Shown here: piece by piece, positions 41,233-53,882 of the stretch
How positions within the stretch are numbered: the first letter of the stretch is position 1
Layout of the letters: each line of letters opens with the position of its first letter
Source of the DNA: Octopus vulgaris
Taxonomy: Eukaryota
Assembly (NCBI GenBank): GCA_951406725.2
Contig: OX597815.1
Coordinates: 62,620,001 to 62,684,000, forward strand
Reading direction: 5' to 3'
Length of the DNA: 64,000 nt
Notes under the pieces: model-generated
Told to the model about the DNA's origin: nothing
What the model saw: only the letters and a program-made list of their open reading frames with translations
The model's database searches: none
Program-made: the position numbers and the translations under genes

Positions 41233-41434
41233 GGATTAGAGCAAGAAAGCAAGAGAATAAGTAGAAGAGGAGATGGGGAGAGAGAAGGAGAGAGAGTGGG
41301 AGAGAGGAGGAGAGGGAAAAACCAGAGAAAGAGACAGATATAAGACGAGAGGGGTGAAAAATATATTAAGTGTTGTGGTAAATACAAATGTACTGCACAC
41401 TGAAGGGAAAAAGAAAGAGATAAAAAGTGGGGAT

Positions 41435-41465
<31 letters not shown>

Positions 41466-41496
41466 CGCCAGTATGTGTATATATGTGTGTGTGTGT

Positions 41497-41845
41497 TACT
41501 CTTTTACTTGTTTCAGTCAAATGACTGTAGCCATGCTGGAGCACTGCCTTTAGGTGCAAATCGCCCCCAGGACTTATTCTTTGTAAGCCTGGTACTTATT
41601 CTATCGGTCTCTTTTGCTGAACCGCTAAGTTACGAGGACATAACACAGACACATAAACATATACACACACATACATATATATATACGACGGGCTTCTTTC
41701 AGTTTCCGTCTACCAAATCCATTCACAAGGCTTTGGTCGGCACGAGGCTATAGTAGAAGACACTTGCCCAAGGTGCCACGCAGTGGAACTTAACCCAGAA
41801 CCATGTGATTCGTAAGCAAGTTACTTACCACACAGCCACTCCTAC
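41497..41845 (-). mobile_element. SINE family A with internal deletion
   Basis: Reverse complement of 42478-42888 lacking the TTGACAACCGATG segment. Confidence 0.92.
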
Positions 41846-42421
41846 GCCGAGGAGTTGTTAAAATGTGTGTCAAAAATGTAGAGAAAGATAGGTAAGATAA
41901 TGGATCAGAGAGGATATGAATGAGAGAGAAGACTGAGAATAAGTGTATGTGTGTGTGTACGTGTGTGCTTGAGAGATGGTGCGTTTGAGTGTGTGTGTGT
42001 GTGTGTGTGTTTGAAAAATGAAATAATGCCTGTATTGTCAAATGGAAACAAGAATGCCATGTTTCAAGAGTTCACTTCTATTTTAGCCCTCGAAAAAATT
42101 GCATAGAATAACTGAAGTAAACAGTTCACTGCTATGAATCGAAATCGCATCACAGCTCTGGTCATCAGGCCAATGATCATACCTGTTGTTCCACTCTACT
42201 AGGGTGTATAATCTCTAGTTACAAATGGTGGGATGGTTTGATAGTATGTAAATAGTATTGATTTATGATGTTCAGTCAACAGTTCAGTCCGGAATTAAAA
42301 AGAAACATACCAGCTGTTACCATCTTGTCGTTTTAAATCGTTTTTTGTTTCTGGGATTCTATTATATGAGCTATTGTTCTTTTGAGAGATATTATAATAC
42401 ACTAACACACATATGCATGCA

Positions 42422-42477
<56 letters not shown>

Positions 42478-42481
<4 letters not shown>

Positions 42482-42888
42482 TAGGAGTGGCTGTGTAGTA
42501 AGTAGCTTGCTTACGAACCACATGGTTCCGGGTTCATTCCCACCGCGTGGCACCTTGGGCAAGTGTCTTCTACTATAACTTCGAGCCGACCAAAGCCTTG
42601 TGAGTGGATTTGGTAGACGGAAACTGAAAGAAGCCCGTCGTATATATGTATATATATGTATATGTGTGTGTATATGTTTGTGTGTCTGTGTTTGTCCCCC
42701 CCCAACATCTCTTGACAACCGATGCTGGTGTGTTTACGTCCCCGTAACCTAGCGGTTCGGCAAAAGAGAACGATAGAATAAGTAATAGGCTTACAAGGAA
42801 TAAGTCCTGGGGTCGATTCGTTCGACTAAAGGCGGTGCTCCAGCATGGCCAAAGTCACATGACTGAAACAAGTGAAAGAGTAAAAGAG
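42478..42888 (+). mobile_element. SINE family A, full length
   Basis: Head, CORE-like CCTTGGGCAAGTG, internal (TA)/(TG), tail GACTGAAACAAGTGAAAGAGTAAAAGAG. Confidence 0.95.
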
Positions 42889-43399
42889 TATATATATATG
42901 GACATTATCAACCACATGCACTTAAAGTATATGCTTTGTATATTTGGCGGCATACGCACACATACACAAACACACACACACACGTTTATATGCATGCATA
43001 CATACATACATACATACATACATTCATATGCATACAGAGACACGCATACATATGCATACAGACCGAAATAAGTGCACACGTATCAGTGTATTATGTGTGA
43101 GTTGGCAGCTACTTTTATTTGAGCGAGCGACCATATAGAGAGTGCCACGTTGGCATTTGTAGATTTATATTGGCAGGGTGAAATTGCTAGGTAAAGGGGA
43201 CTGGAGATCATCGGTACATCTGTGGACAGAAGGTGAGATGGCTTCTATATTCCAGTCAACCAATATGACATGAACAAACAGATGAAACCACGTGATAATA
43301 ACGACTTTTATACGGAGACAGATGTTACAATCATTCGTCATCCCTTTATGCATGCATCTCTCCGAATAGTTCTGTGTGTATGTATGTGTGTGCGTGTGA

Positions 43400-43438
<39 letters not shown>

Positions 43439-43700
43439 CGCACGTTTGATCGTATGATTTATTTTGAGACCAATGGATTTTCAGTGGGTGCACACACGCT
43501 CACCCATAAATACATATGTATGAATGTATATGGCTATTTATGTATTCACATACTGTGACACAGAAGCGTACGCGCATTGGTACACATACATGTCACACAT
43601 ATGCATATGTACGTGTATGTATGTGAGTCAGTATATGTTTGTGTGCGGAGACAGAGATAAATGTTGAGATAAATAGACAAACTGAGACTGAGAGAGAAAG

Positions 43701-43738
<38 letters not shown>

Positions 43739-43964
43739 AGCAGAGGAGTGAGCAAGATAGATAAAGAAATAGACGGATCGAGGGAGTGAGAGAAAAGAGA
43801 GAGATACGTAAATACACACACACACACATACACATAAACACATATATAGGCTCATATCCCTCTCGCCTTCCCAGAAGAATTCTAGAATGTAAAATGAGAT
43901 GTGTACATACACAAAAGCAACCATGCCTATACATGTGTAACCCCACCCCTCCATATATAATATA

Positions 43965-44027
<63 letters not shown>

Positions 44028-44054
44028 TGTATATATATATATATAGAGAGAGAG

Positions 44055-44458
44055 AGGTGGATGTGTGGCAAGAAGCTTGCTTTCCAACTACAAATTTCTG
44101 AGTTCAGTCCCACTGCGTGGTACCCTGGGCAAGTGTCTTCTGCTAAAGCCTCGGGCCGATCGAAGTCTTGTGAGTAGATTTGGTAGACGGAAACTGAAAG
44201 AAGCTCGTCTTCTACATATATGTGTATGTGTATGCGTGCGTCTTTGTATCTGTGCTTGTCCCCGCATCACCGCTTGACAATCGGTGTCGGTGTGTTTACG
44301 TCCCTGTAACTTAGTGATTCTGCAAAAGAGACCGCTAGGATGAGTAGTACGCTTTAGAAATTAGTCCAGTGTTCGATTTTTTGACTAAAAAAACCCTTCA
44401 AGGTGGGGCTCCAGCATGGCCACAGTCAAATGACTGAAACAAGCAAAGCAACAAAGAA
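44055..44458 (+). mobile_element. SINE family A, diverged
   Basis: GAGTTCAGTCCCACTGCGTGG..GGTAGACGGAAACTGAAAGAAG..CCAGCATGGCCACAGTCAAATGACTGAAAC. Confidence 0.9.
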
Positions 44459-44499
44459 ATATATGAATATATACTCTACTACTCTATTTAACCATTTCA

Positions 44500-44555
44500 C
44501 ATCGTCCCTGATGAAAGGATATCCCTAATATCCCAGAAAAAGCTGTGAGACTAAC
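44500..44555 (+). ncRNA. Degenerate type-I hammerhead motif (PLE-type)
   Basis: GTCC-CTGATGA-AA-GGATAT-CCCTA-ATATCC-CA-GAAA-aAGCTG-Tg-AGAC; stem III and cleavage site mutated. Confidence 0.5.
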
Positions 44556-44640
44556 TTTCTCTTTATAAATGTCCTGAAAATTCCACACAGCCTTTGCTTT
44601 GCTGTCTCATTTTATTTAACACACACATACACACACACAT

Positions 44641-45790
44641 ACACTGGGTGTAGCAGAGTGGACGGACGTTTTTGAAATGTCTGTTACTGAGCCCCAGTGG
44701 AAGAGACATATGTCCGACAGGTACCTTTCGCTCCATAGTGTCTTAGCATTTCTTTTTCTTTTCTTTTCAGGTGAAGCCATTGCGCTGTGGATGATAGAGC
44801 ATCGCGTGTTTGCCTACGACAGTTACATGAAGAATAACGAGTCTGTCACAGAAGTTCAGTATGAGTTTCAGCGCCACTTCAACATTCACCGAAATCAGGC
44901 TCTTCCCACCCGTAACACAATCTTACGTTGAGTAAATGCACTTCGAACACGAGGTACACTAATGAACAGGAGATTTGTGGGGGCACCACGAACGGTATGG
45001 AACTCGGAAAATGTGGAACGCCCCAGACAGGCTTTGATACGGAGTCCGAATCGCCCTGCTCGGTAATCGATCGGTATGGTGTATTTTGCATGAAGACCTG
45101 CATTTCCACCCGTACAAATTGGTCATTGGGCAACAGGTGAAACTATGAGAATATGCACCGCGGCTTAAATTCGCACGTCAGATGGAGGCAATTTTTGAGG
45201 CATATAATAACCTCATTTCGTTAATGTGTGATGAAGCACATTTTCATTTCAATGGCATGGTGAATCAACGGAACTGTCGTTATTGAGCTCTTGAATATCC
45301 AAGAGAAATAAACGAAAGACCACTGCACAACCCAAAAGTGACGGTCTGGTATGCTGTAGGAAAAGCTGCCGTCATTGGTCCTTACTTTTTTGAAGGTAAT
45401 AATGGAAATGCTGTTACTGTGAACTCCGAGCGTTATATCGAGATGGTAAACAACTTTTTTGTGCCTGAATTACAACGAACACGTATGCCTATTCGATGTG
45501 TGTGGTTTCAGCAGGATGAGGCGACGGTCCACACAGCCAGAGCAGCAATGGACGGTCATCGCCCTCTCTTCGGTGATCGTCTCATTTCCAGGTTTGCTAA
45601 CAATCCTTGGCGCCCTCGGTCCCCTGAATTTCCATGTGTGATTATTTCTTGTGAGGAAATCTCAAGACAAGTGTGTATGTGCATAAGCCCCGTACACTGG
45701 ACGATTTGAAGGAAGCTATTCGCGTGAATGCAAAATCAACAGAGCAATGCTAGAGAGAGTGGAGAACAACTTCCATGAACCCCTTCAGAA
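44641..45790 (+). mobile_element. Tc1/mariner DD41D (rosa/Visitor-type) transposon relic
   Basis: N-terminal HTH-like EHRVFAYDSYMKNNESVTEVQYEFQRHF; MCDEAHFHFNG; VIGPYFFE; WFQQDEATVHT..WRPRSP then frameshifted SMCDYFL*G, giving 41 residues between D2 and D3. Confidence 0.88.
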
Positions 45791-46553
45791 ATGCGAGAGA
45801 GAGAAAGAAAGAGAGAAGAGAGAGTGGGAGAGAGAAAGAAGAGAGAGAGAGGAGAGAGAGAGAAAGAGAGAGAGAGAGAGATAGAAATAAAATGTGTGAA
45901 TGTGAAGTTAAGGAAGAATGCCGTATTTGTTCATTCGCTCTACGTAATGAGTTCAAACCTTGTCAAGGTCAACTTTGTTATTCATTCTTAGATTCGATAA
46001 ATATGTTATGCACTGGGGTCTATTAATCTCTCTCCCCATCACTCTTCTCTCTCATTCTCTTTTTTTCTATCTCACCCTCCTCTCTCTCTCGCTCTCTCAG
46101 CTAAAGCCAAAAACGTTACACTGATGGAAGCAAAAGGAAACCATCTTCGTTCGTTTTTGTATTTGCTTTGCAAGATTCCTGATATGAATTCGAGTGTTGA
46201 ATCAAATTTTGTGTCTTTGTGGGTTCATTACGCTAATAATAACAAACATACGCACCGGTTTAATATCACTTCTTTATTGTTAGTCATTCGGTTAACTATC
46301 TAACCAACTAACTCATGAGTAACATGCCCTCACTCTTCAAAGCAGACTTTGAACAGAGACGGCATGTCATTGGTGAGGTCACAAATTGTGTCAAAAGAAA
46401 TTTGACAAAGACAACCGATTGATTGATTGAACAACGCATTAAACAATCGATCGATTAGTTAGTTGGTTAGATATATAACGATTGATTAACAATAAAGAAT
46501 TGATATTAAAACTGTACGTGTTTCTTCTTCTTCTTCTTCTTCTTCTTCTTCTT

Positions 46554-46652
<99 letters not shown>

Positions 46653-46991
46653 GTTTTTGTTGTTGTGGCTGCTGGTGGTGGTGTTAAGACCCTCCCAAGA
46701 TACAACAAAACCATCTTCGTGTTTTATGAAAGTTCCAAGACAAACGCGTACAGTTATTAAAAGTAGCCCCCAGGGAGTACTCGTTGACTGGTTCATAAAA
46801 GGAAGGAACGTTGATATGTTGATGAATAGAAAAATAAACACACACATTCTGATTGAGAAAAAATTGACGGCAAACAATTACTAGGTGAGGTAATGGAAAG
46901 AGATCACATGTCTCTGTGTAGAGGTGCGTTTTTTATACGTCCACATATACCTTGTTGTTACTGCTCGATCTATCTATCTATTCATCTGTCA

Positions 46992-47064
<73 letters not shown>

Positions 47065-47481
47065 GCTGTTACTGTGAACTCCGAGCGTTATATCGAGATG
47101 GTAAACAACTTTTTATGCCTGAATTACAACGAACACGTATGTCTATTCGATGTGTGTGGTTTCAGCAGGATGAGGCGACGGTCCACACAGCCAGAGCAGC
47201 AATGGACGGTCATCGCCCTCTCTTCGGTGATCGTCTCATTTCCAGGTTTGCTAACAATCCTTGGCGCCCTCGGTCCCCTGAATTTCCATGTTATTATTTC
47301 TTGTGAGGAAATCTCAAGACAAGTGTGTATGTGCATAAGCCCCGTACATGGACGATTTAGCTATTCGCGTGAATGCAAAATCAACAGAGCAATGCTAGAG
47401 AGAGTGGAGAACAACTTCCATTGAACCCCTTCAGAAATGCGAGAGAGAGAAAGAAAGAGAGAAGAGAGAGTGGGAGAGAGA

Positions 47482-47522
<41 letters not shown>

Positions 47523-48190
47523 TAGAAATAAAATGTGTGAATGTGAAGTTAAGGAAGAATGCCGTATTTGTTCATTCGCTCTACGTAATGAGTTCAAACC
47601 TTGTCAAGGTCAACTTTGTTATTCATTCTTAGATTCGATAAATATGTTATGCACTGGGGTCTATTAATCTCTCTCCCCATCACTCTTCTCTCTCATTCTC
47701 TTTTTTTCTATCTCACCCTCCTCTCTCTCTCGCTCTCTCAGCTAAAGCCAAAAACGTTACACTGATGGAAGCAAAAGGAAACCATCTTCGTTCGTTTTTG
47801 TATTTGCTTTGCAAGATTCCTGATATGAATTCGAGTGTTGAATCAAATTTTGTGTCTTTGTGGGTTCATTACGCTAATAATAACAAACATACGCACCGGT
47901 TTAATATCACTTCTTTATTGTTAGTCATTCGGTTAACTATCTAACCAACTAACTCATGAGTAACATGCCCTCACTCTTCAAAGCAGACTTTGAACAGAGA
48001 CGGCATGTCATTGGTGAGGTCACAAATTGTGTCAAAAGAAATTTGACAAAGACAACCGATTGATTGATTGAACAACGCATTAAACAATCGATCGATTAGT
48101 TAGTTGGTTAGATATATAACGATTGATTAACAATAAAGAATTGATATTAAAACTGTACGTGTTCTTCTTCTTCTTCTTCTTCTTCTTCTT

Positions 48191-48289
<99 letters not shown>

Positions 48290-48628
48290 GTTTTTGTTGT
48301 TGTGGCTGCTGGTGGTGGTGTTAAGACCCTCCCAAGATACAACAAAACCATCTTCGTGTTTTATGAAAGTTCCAAGACAAACGCGTACAGTTATTAAAAG
48401 TAGCCCCCAGGGAGTACTCGTTGACTGGTTCATAAAAGGAAGGAACGTTGATATGTTGATGAATAGAAAAATAAACACACACATTCTGATTGAGAAAAAA
48501 TTGACGGCAAACAATTACTAGGTGAGGTAATGGAAAGAGATCACATGTCTCTGTGTAGAGGTGCGTTTTTTATACGTCCACATATACCTTGTTGTTACTG
48601 CTCGATCTATCTATCTATTCATCTGTCA

Positions 48629-48701
<73 letters not shown>

Positions 48702-48702
48702 G
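45410..48702 (+). repeat. Tandem duplication, unit ~1.65 kb (45410-47064 and 47065-~48702)
   Basis: Both units begin GCTGTTACTGTGAACTCC and end in (TCTA)n; near identical. Confidence 0.95.
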
Positions 48703-48837
48703 CTAGCTATCTATCTACCTATTTATCTATCTGTCTATCATAGAGAGAACGAGAGAGAGGGTGAAAGTGGGTAAGTGAGAGAGGGAAATATATTTATAGT
48801 TATAGATAAATATAGGCATGTCATATATATATATAAA

Positions 48838-48869
<32 letters not shown>

Positions 48870-48871
<2 letters not shown>

Positions 48872-49056
48872 GGGAAAATTCACGAAAAAAACAACAGACG
48901 AAGATAGGTGGTGTAGAAAACAAACAGATGTATTAGTATAACGGTCATGAATTGAAATAGTCTTTTATGTTTCGAGCCTACGCTCTTCCACAGAAAGGAA
49001 CACAGAAAGAAACAAGGAGAGAAAAAAGGAGAGAAAAAAAATGTGTGTAGTGGCTA
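48870..49056 (-). mobile_element. Penelope-like pLTR module with hammerhead-like motif
   Basis: Minus: CTTT-CTGTGGA-A-GAGC-GTAG-GCTC-GAAA-CATA-AAAG; homologous to 24545-24722. Confidence 0.7.
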
Positions 49057-49111
49057 AAGTGTGAGAGAGAAAGAGAGTTAAAGGAAGAGAGAGAGAGAGA
49101 GAGAAAGAGAG

Positions 49112-49175
<64 letters not shown>

Positions 49176-49599
49176 CGCTGGCTGATGTGTGAGTAAAATT
49201 CTTGAAAGTTCAAAAGCTTGCTCTGATGTTTTTGTGACCGTGTTGAATTCGTATAAAAATTTATTGTTGAACACAATCTTTTCGTATTAGCTTATGCATT
49301 CATCCTTGAATTCTGTAGATGTCTTAATTCACCACCTGTTTTGTCCCCCCCACTTACCTATCTGTGTAATTACTTTGGTAGAAGAAAATTCCTTTATAAA
49401 TGGTTATATTTTTATATTTTAATTTATTTTATTTTAACTTTACCTGTTTATTTATCGTTGGAATTTTTCTTCTAGTTATCGTGTTTAAATTAAGGTTGGT
49501 TAATTCTTCATTTTCTATCTGGCACTGTTACTTTTCCTATAAGAGCAGCAACGTAATATATCTTGAGTCGAATATTTTACCTTTTACTGACCAAACTAA

Positions 49600-49966
49600 T
49601 CCAATCGCCTCCTGTGTTCCATTTTCAATACTGTATGTGCAATTCTTTGTTTACTCATCTACGGTACACTAAATATTTTCTTTTAATATATTTTAATGAA
49701 TGTGTTATACCATGCAATGCTGTACTCTATTTTAACTTATTAATTTATTAACTTTTAGGCGTGAAAATGCTTATTTTACCACAGAAATAAAATCAAAAGA
49801 ATATAAATACCTATCGGTCGCAGAAACCCGCGATTTACTGAGGTGTCCGCGATATAAATTTACATGTATTAGCCAGAAAAGTTCGTGAAGCACTGAGTGA
49901 GCGATATGTAAACCGCGATGTACTGAGTGCTCGATAGGTGAATCACGATATGGCGAGGGATTACTG
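49600..49966. mobile_element. Tigger/pogo-like element end
   Basis: Terminates ..CGATATGGCGAGGGATTACTG|TA (CAGTAATCCCTCG-type TIR with TA); partner TIR not seen. Confidence 0.6.
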
Positions 49967-50304
49967 TATATTTAGAGTTGAACTGTTAATATAACAATGA
50001 TGTTCCGGTGATCTGATGGGCTAGTTTTCGTTACTTGAATTAATTTGTGAATACACCGGTGTATTGTATACTGCTGAGCTTACATATTCAGGCAAACAAG
50101 TACACATAATTTCTTGCATACTAAAATTTATACATGGAGAAGGATGCAAAACGGCAATAATCCAATGGAAGTCATGTGGTTAAATAAATATATATCCATC
50201 TCTCAAGACTCATATATATAATTAGTGAATGCTGTGATTTTTGCTACCCAGGTATCGGTTAAACTTTTGAGTAATCCGTAACAAGATAATTCATCTTTCC
50301 ATTT

Positions 50305-50336
<32 letters not shown>

Positions 50337-50342
50337 TCTGTT

Positions 50343-50585
50343 GTGTCTGGGGAGAGTCATTCTTTTTTAGTGCCTTATTATTTAACACACCCACCGGTAA
50401 GTTTCCACTGCTTTCTTTTTTTTTTCTAAATTTTTCATTGCGTCTTGCAACCTTTTCAATAGTCTTGACTATCAAGAAAAGGTTGCAAGACGCAATGAAA
50501 ATTTTAGAAAAAAAATAAGTGGAAATTTACCGGTGAGTGTGTTAAATAATAAGGCACTGAAAAGAATGACTCTCTCCCAAACACG
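50343..50585. repeat. ~240 bp fold-back palindrome (PLE-like module) between (TA)n tracts
   Basis: Arms pair around ATAGTC-TT-GACTAT at ~50466; right arm extends to 50627. Confidence 0.9.
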
Positions 50586-50624
50586 AGCTCATATGAAGAA
50601 TCTTGCAAACCAAATCCCAAAACG

Positions 50625-50720
<96 letters not shown>

Positions 50721-50764
50721 CGACACACCCACACAGGCATACACACACACATACTCACACACAC

Positions 50765-50845
<81 letters not shown>

Positions 50846-50863
50846 CATATATATACATATATA

Positions 50864-51747
50864 CTGGGTCCGGTGTATAAACTGTCGTGTAAATTACACA
50901 AAAATGAGAACACTGACATCTCATTTTAACAGATATATTTACCAAAATTACATAAAATATCTTGAAATGCTAAAGAGTAAAGTTATTCAATAAAAATCGC
51001 CATTGGCTTCAACCACGGTCTCCAGACTACATTGGAATCTCCTGCAACTCTTCTCGACGGTCCCCTCGTTTAAGTGTGTGAATGCTGCCATAATCGTTGC
51101 ATTCAGTTCATCTTTGGTGTTACAAGGAGTTTTGTTGGTTTCTCGCTCAACTGCGCCCCACACATTATAATCAAGGGAGTTGTGGCCTGGAGAGTTAGGT
51201 AGTCAGATGTTAGGGGTGATGTGGTCGCAGAAATTGTCAGACAGCCATGACTGGGTTCTCCTGCTTGTGTGGCATGGGGAAGAGTCCTGTTGCCAGACAT
51301 AATGTCTTCCAGCAGCCATCCACTTCATCCGTGGCTGCACTACCTCCTCCAGGCACTTGATGTATGCCTCCGTATTGAGTCTGAGGCTGTGTGAGAAGAT
51401 GAATGGAGGCATAACGTCGCTATGACTAGTGATTACTCCAAACACCATGATGTTGACTGGATGTTTGATTTTTTATCATCCTCAGTACATGTTTTGGTGA
51501 CACAGCAAGCCAACCGTTGTTCTGTGTATTCACTATATGTTTGTATTGGAGCTTCCGGTACGAATGCCAAGGAGTACAAGTGTTGATTCCAAAATTCTGG
51601 CAGAGTGAATTGTGTCATGGTGCTGTTTTTCTTACAGACGGTGCCCAACTGACTCTACCATACTGTGTAGTCAACAAAATCGAAGAAACCAAAGTGCATG
51701 CTCGAAATTTAAATACAAAATGGCGACAGTTTACTCATTGCACGCTA
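50864..51747 (-). mobile_element. Tc1/mariner DD37D (maT-type) transposon, internally deleted
   Basis: MVFGVITSHSDVMPPFIF..YVWQQDSSPCHTSRRTQSWL..PNI*LPNSPGHNSLDYNVWG (37-residue spacing); degenerate TIRs sharing TAAACTGTCG; TA-rich flanks. Confidence 0.88.
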
Positions 51748-51863
51748 TATATTCAATATATATACATACATAAATACACACACACACGCATATATATATA
51801 CATACATACATACGTACATACATACATACATGCATACATATATATACATACATATATTATGTG

Positions 51864-51902
<39 letters not shown>

Positions 51903-51933
51903 ATATAAATACATATGTATATGTATATATATA

Positions 51934-51967
<34 letters not shown>

Positions 51968-52756
51968 GAAAGGAAGAAAATGGAGAAAGATGGATGCAGG
52001 AATAGTTTATTTGTATGATATAAAGATGCTGAAACTTTTTAAAAATATAACAACACAAATGAATTATAGGTTGTAAAGCTCAAAAAGAAAATGCGAGTTG
52101 TGAAAAAACCTACATGTATGTTTCATATATGTTTCAAGATCGGGTGAGGGTTAAATTGGGAAAAAGTGGAAGGGAGAGAGGAAGAGAGTGCCATGGGTGA
52201 GGCAAAAAGAAAAAGAGAAAAAGAGGGAAAAAAGAAAGTATAAAAATGCAGCAACAAATAACGAAAATTTTAGGCAGATTTCTAAATTTAGCGACATAAC
52301 GACAAAATAGGAGAGAGGCTCGACATTATAACAAAAATTAGATCAGTGCTGATTGGTTCAGTCCTGGGTAGTTTCTTTCGCTGTATGCATGAAGCAATTA
52401 AGAATCACGGCTGTGTCACTTGTACGGGATAAGTTTTAATGCCCTGCCGTGTTTGGGCAAAAAGCCATATGCTGATGGTAAGCGAGGGAGAATTGTTCTT
52501 GTAACCATGTCACCTAGAGAGTAATGGACCACGTGTGTCCGCAGAGAATAATTACACTCGATGGCAAAAGTCAGGATTCCTGTGAACTAGGAATTGTTAA
52601 CTGGAAAACGCCAGTATTTAGTGTGGAGGCTGTGAGTATTTTACAACACACACATTTAATCACAGTATGTGTGTATTTGTATGCCTGCGTGTGTGCATAT
52701 ACATAAATACCCACACACTCATATATACATATACATATATATATATATATACATAC

Positions 52757-52817
<61 letters not shown>

Positions 52818-52909
52818 AATATGCACACACACATCCATACATATATACATATACAGTGAGACCTACAAAGTATATGCTAAGTAGCGCGTATATATATATA
52901 TATATATAT

Positions 52910-53770
52910 TGTCCTGTACTTTTCTCTCGTGTGTTTACATATCTTTCACTCATTGGTGATGTCCTGTACTTAATGTGCATTTTTATTTATTTATTTATAA
53001 TCGAGCGGCACACAGCCTTGTCCACAGTAAGTTCTTACATTTTATACAATTTCTGCGACTCCACACTTTGTTTTCTTTCTTTTTCTCTATCCCTCTATAA
53101 TCCTCTATATTTTCCTTTTCTTCCTCTTTGTCTTTCTTTCACTCCCTACTATCTTTCGTTCCTTCTCCCTTCCCCTCACTCCCTTTTTTCTTCCCCTCAT
53201 GCTCTCTCTAGTCTACCTTTCTTTCCCTCATCCTCTCTCTTGTCTCCCTTCCACACTGCCTGTTGGTCACACGTGATTATAGGCCTTTTTTCTTGCTTCT
53301 GTTTTTTCTGGATGCGACATCCAACTAGCTGGCCGTCACTTCTCTCTTCTCTCGCCTCTCAACGCTTCTTTTCTCTCTTCTACTATTTTCTCTTTTATTT
53401 ATTCTATATCCTTTCAAAATTTCTCCCAGATATTACCCATTACAATTCGTCTTGGCCTAACGGCCCTTAATGTTTGTCTTCGTCGATTGTTTACTCTGTA
53501 TGTACATTCTGTTGTTGTTTGTTCGTTCGAAGCCTTAACTCTCCACAAATTTTATATTTTAAAAATTTCTAGATGCTGCTGTCTTATGAAGTATTCCTAT
53601 CTTGTTAAAGGCACGAAATGGGTGGTAATAATCAGTCGGTAATTGATGAGCGAGTTATCTTCTTTTGGTGTAATTCTCTCTCGTGTGTTTACGTATTTTG
53701 TACTCGTTGGTAATGTCCTGTACTTAATGTGTATTTTTTATTTATTTATAATTGAACGCCACGCCAAGTA
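52910..53770 (+). mobile_element. Probable PLE 3' remnant bounded by ~95 bp direct repeats
   Basis: TCTCTCGTGTGTTTAC..GTCCTGTACTTAATGTG..TTTATAAT at 52922-53015 and 53676-53765; pyrimidine-rich interior; decayed hammerhead-like CTTATGA..AGGCAC-GAAA at ~53584-53619. Confidence 0.55.
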
Positions 53771-53837
53771 AACATACGCTATATATATATTGGTTCTCCA
53801 CTCGTTTATTACTATTGTTGTTTTAACTCATGTCTTT

Positions 53838-53882
53838 TGTTCGGAAATCTTTCGTCACACATCTGTGACCTCTTTAGCGACA
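53838..53882 (-). ncRNA. Minimal type-I hammerhead motif (G5A variant)
   Basis: Minus: TCG-CTAAAGA-G-GTCACA-GATG-TGTGAC-GAAA-GATT-TC-CGA; perfect 6 bp stem II. Confidence 0.55.

Noticed and set aside
42055-42172. Minus CTGATGA ... GAAACATG with long stem II
   Set aside because: Stem II pairing too weak to support by eye
52667-53470. 267 aa ORF
   Set aside because: (TA)n plus pyrimidine-rich element tail; no domain
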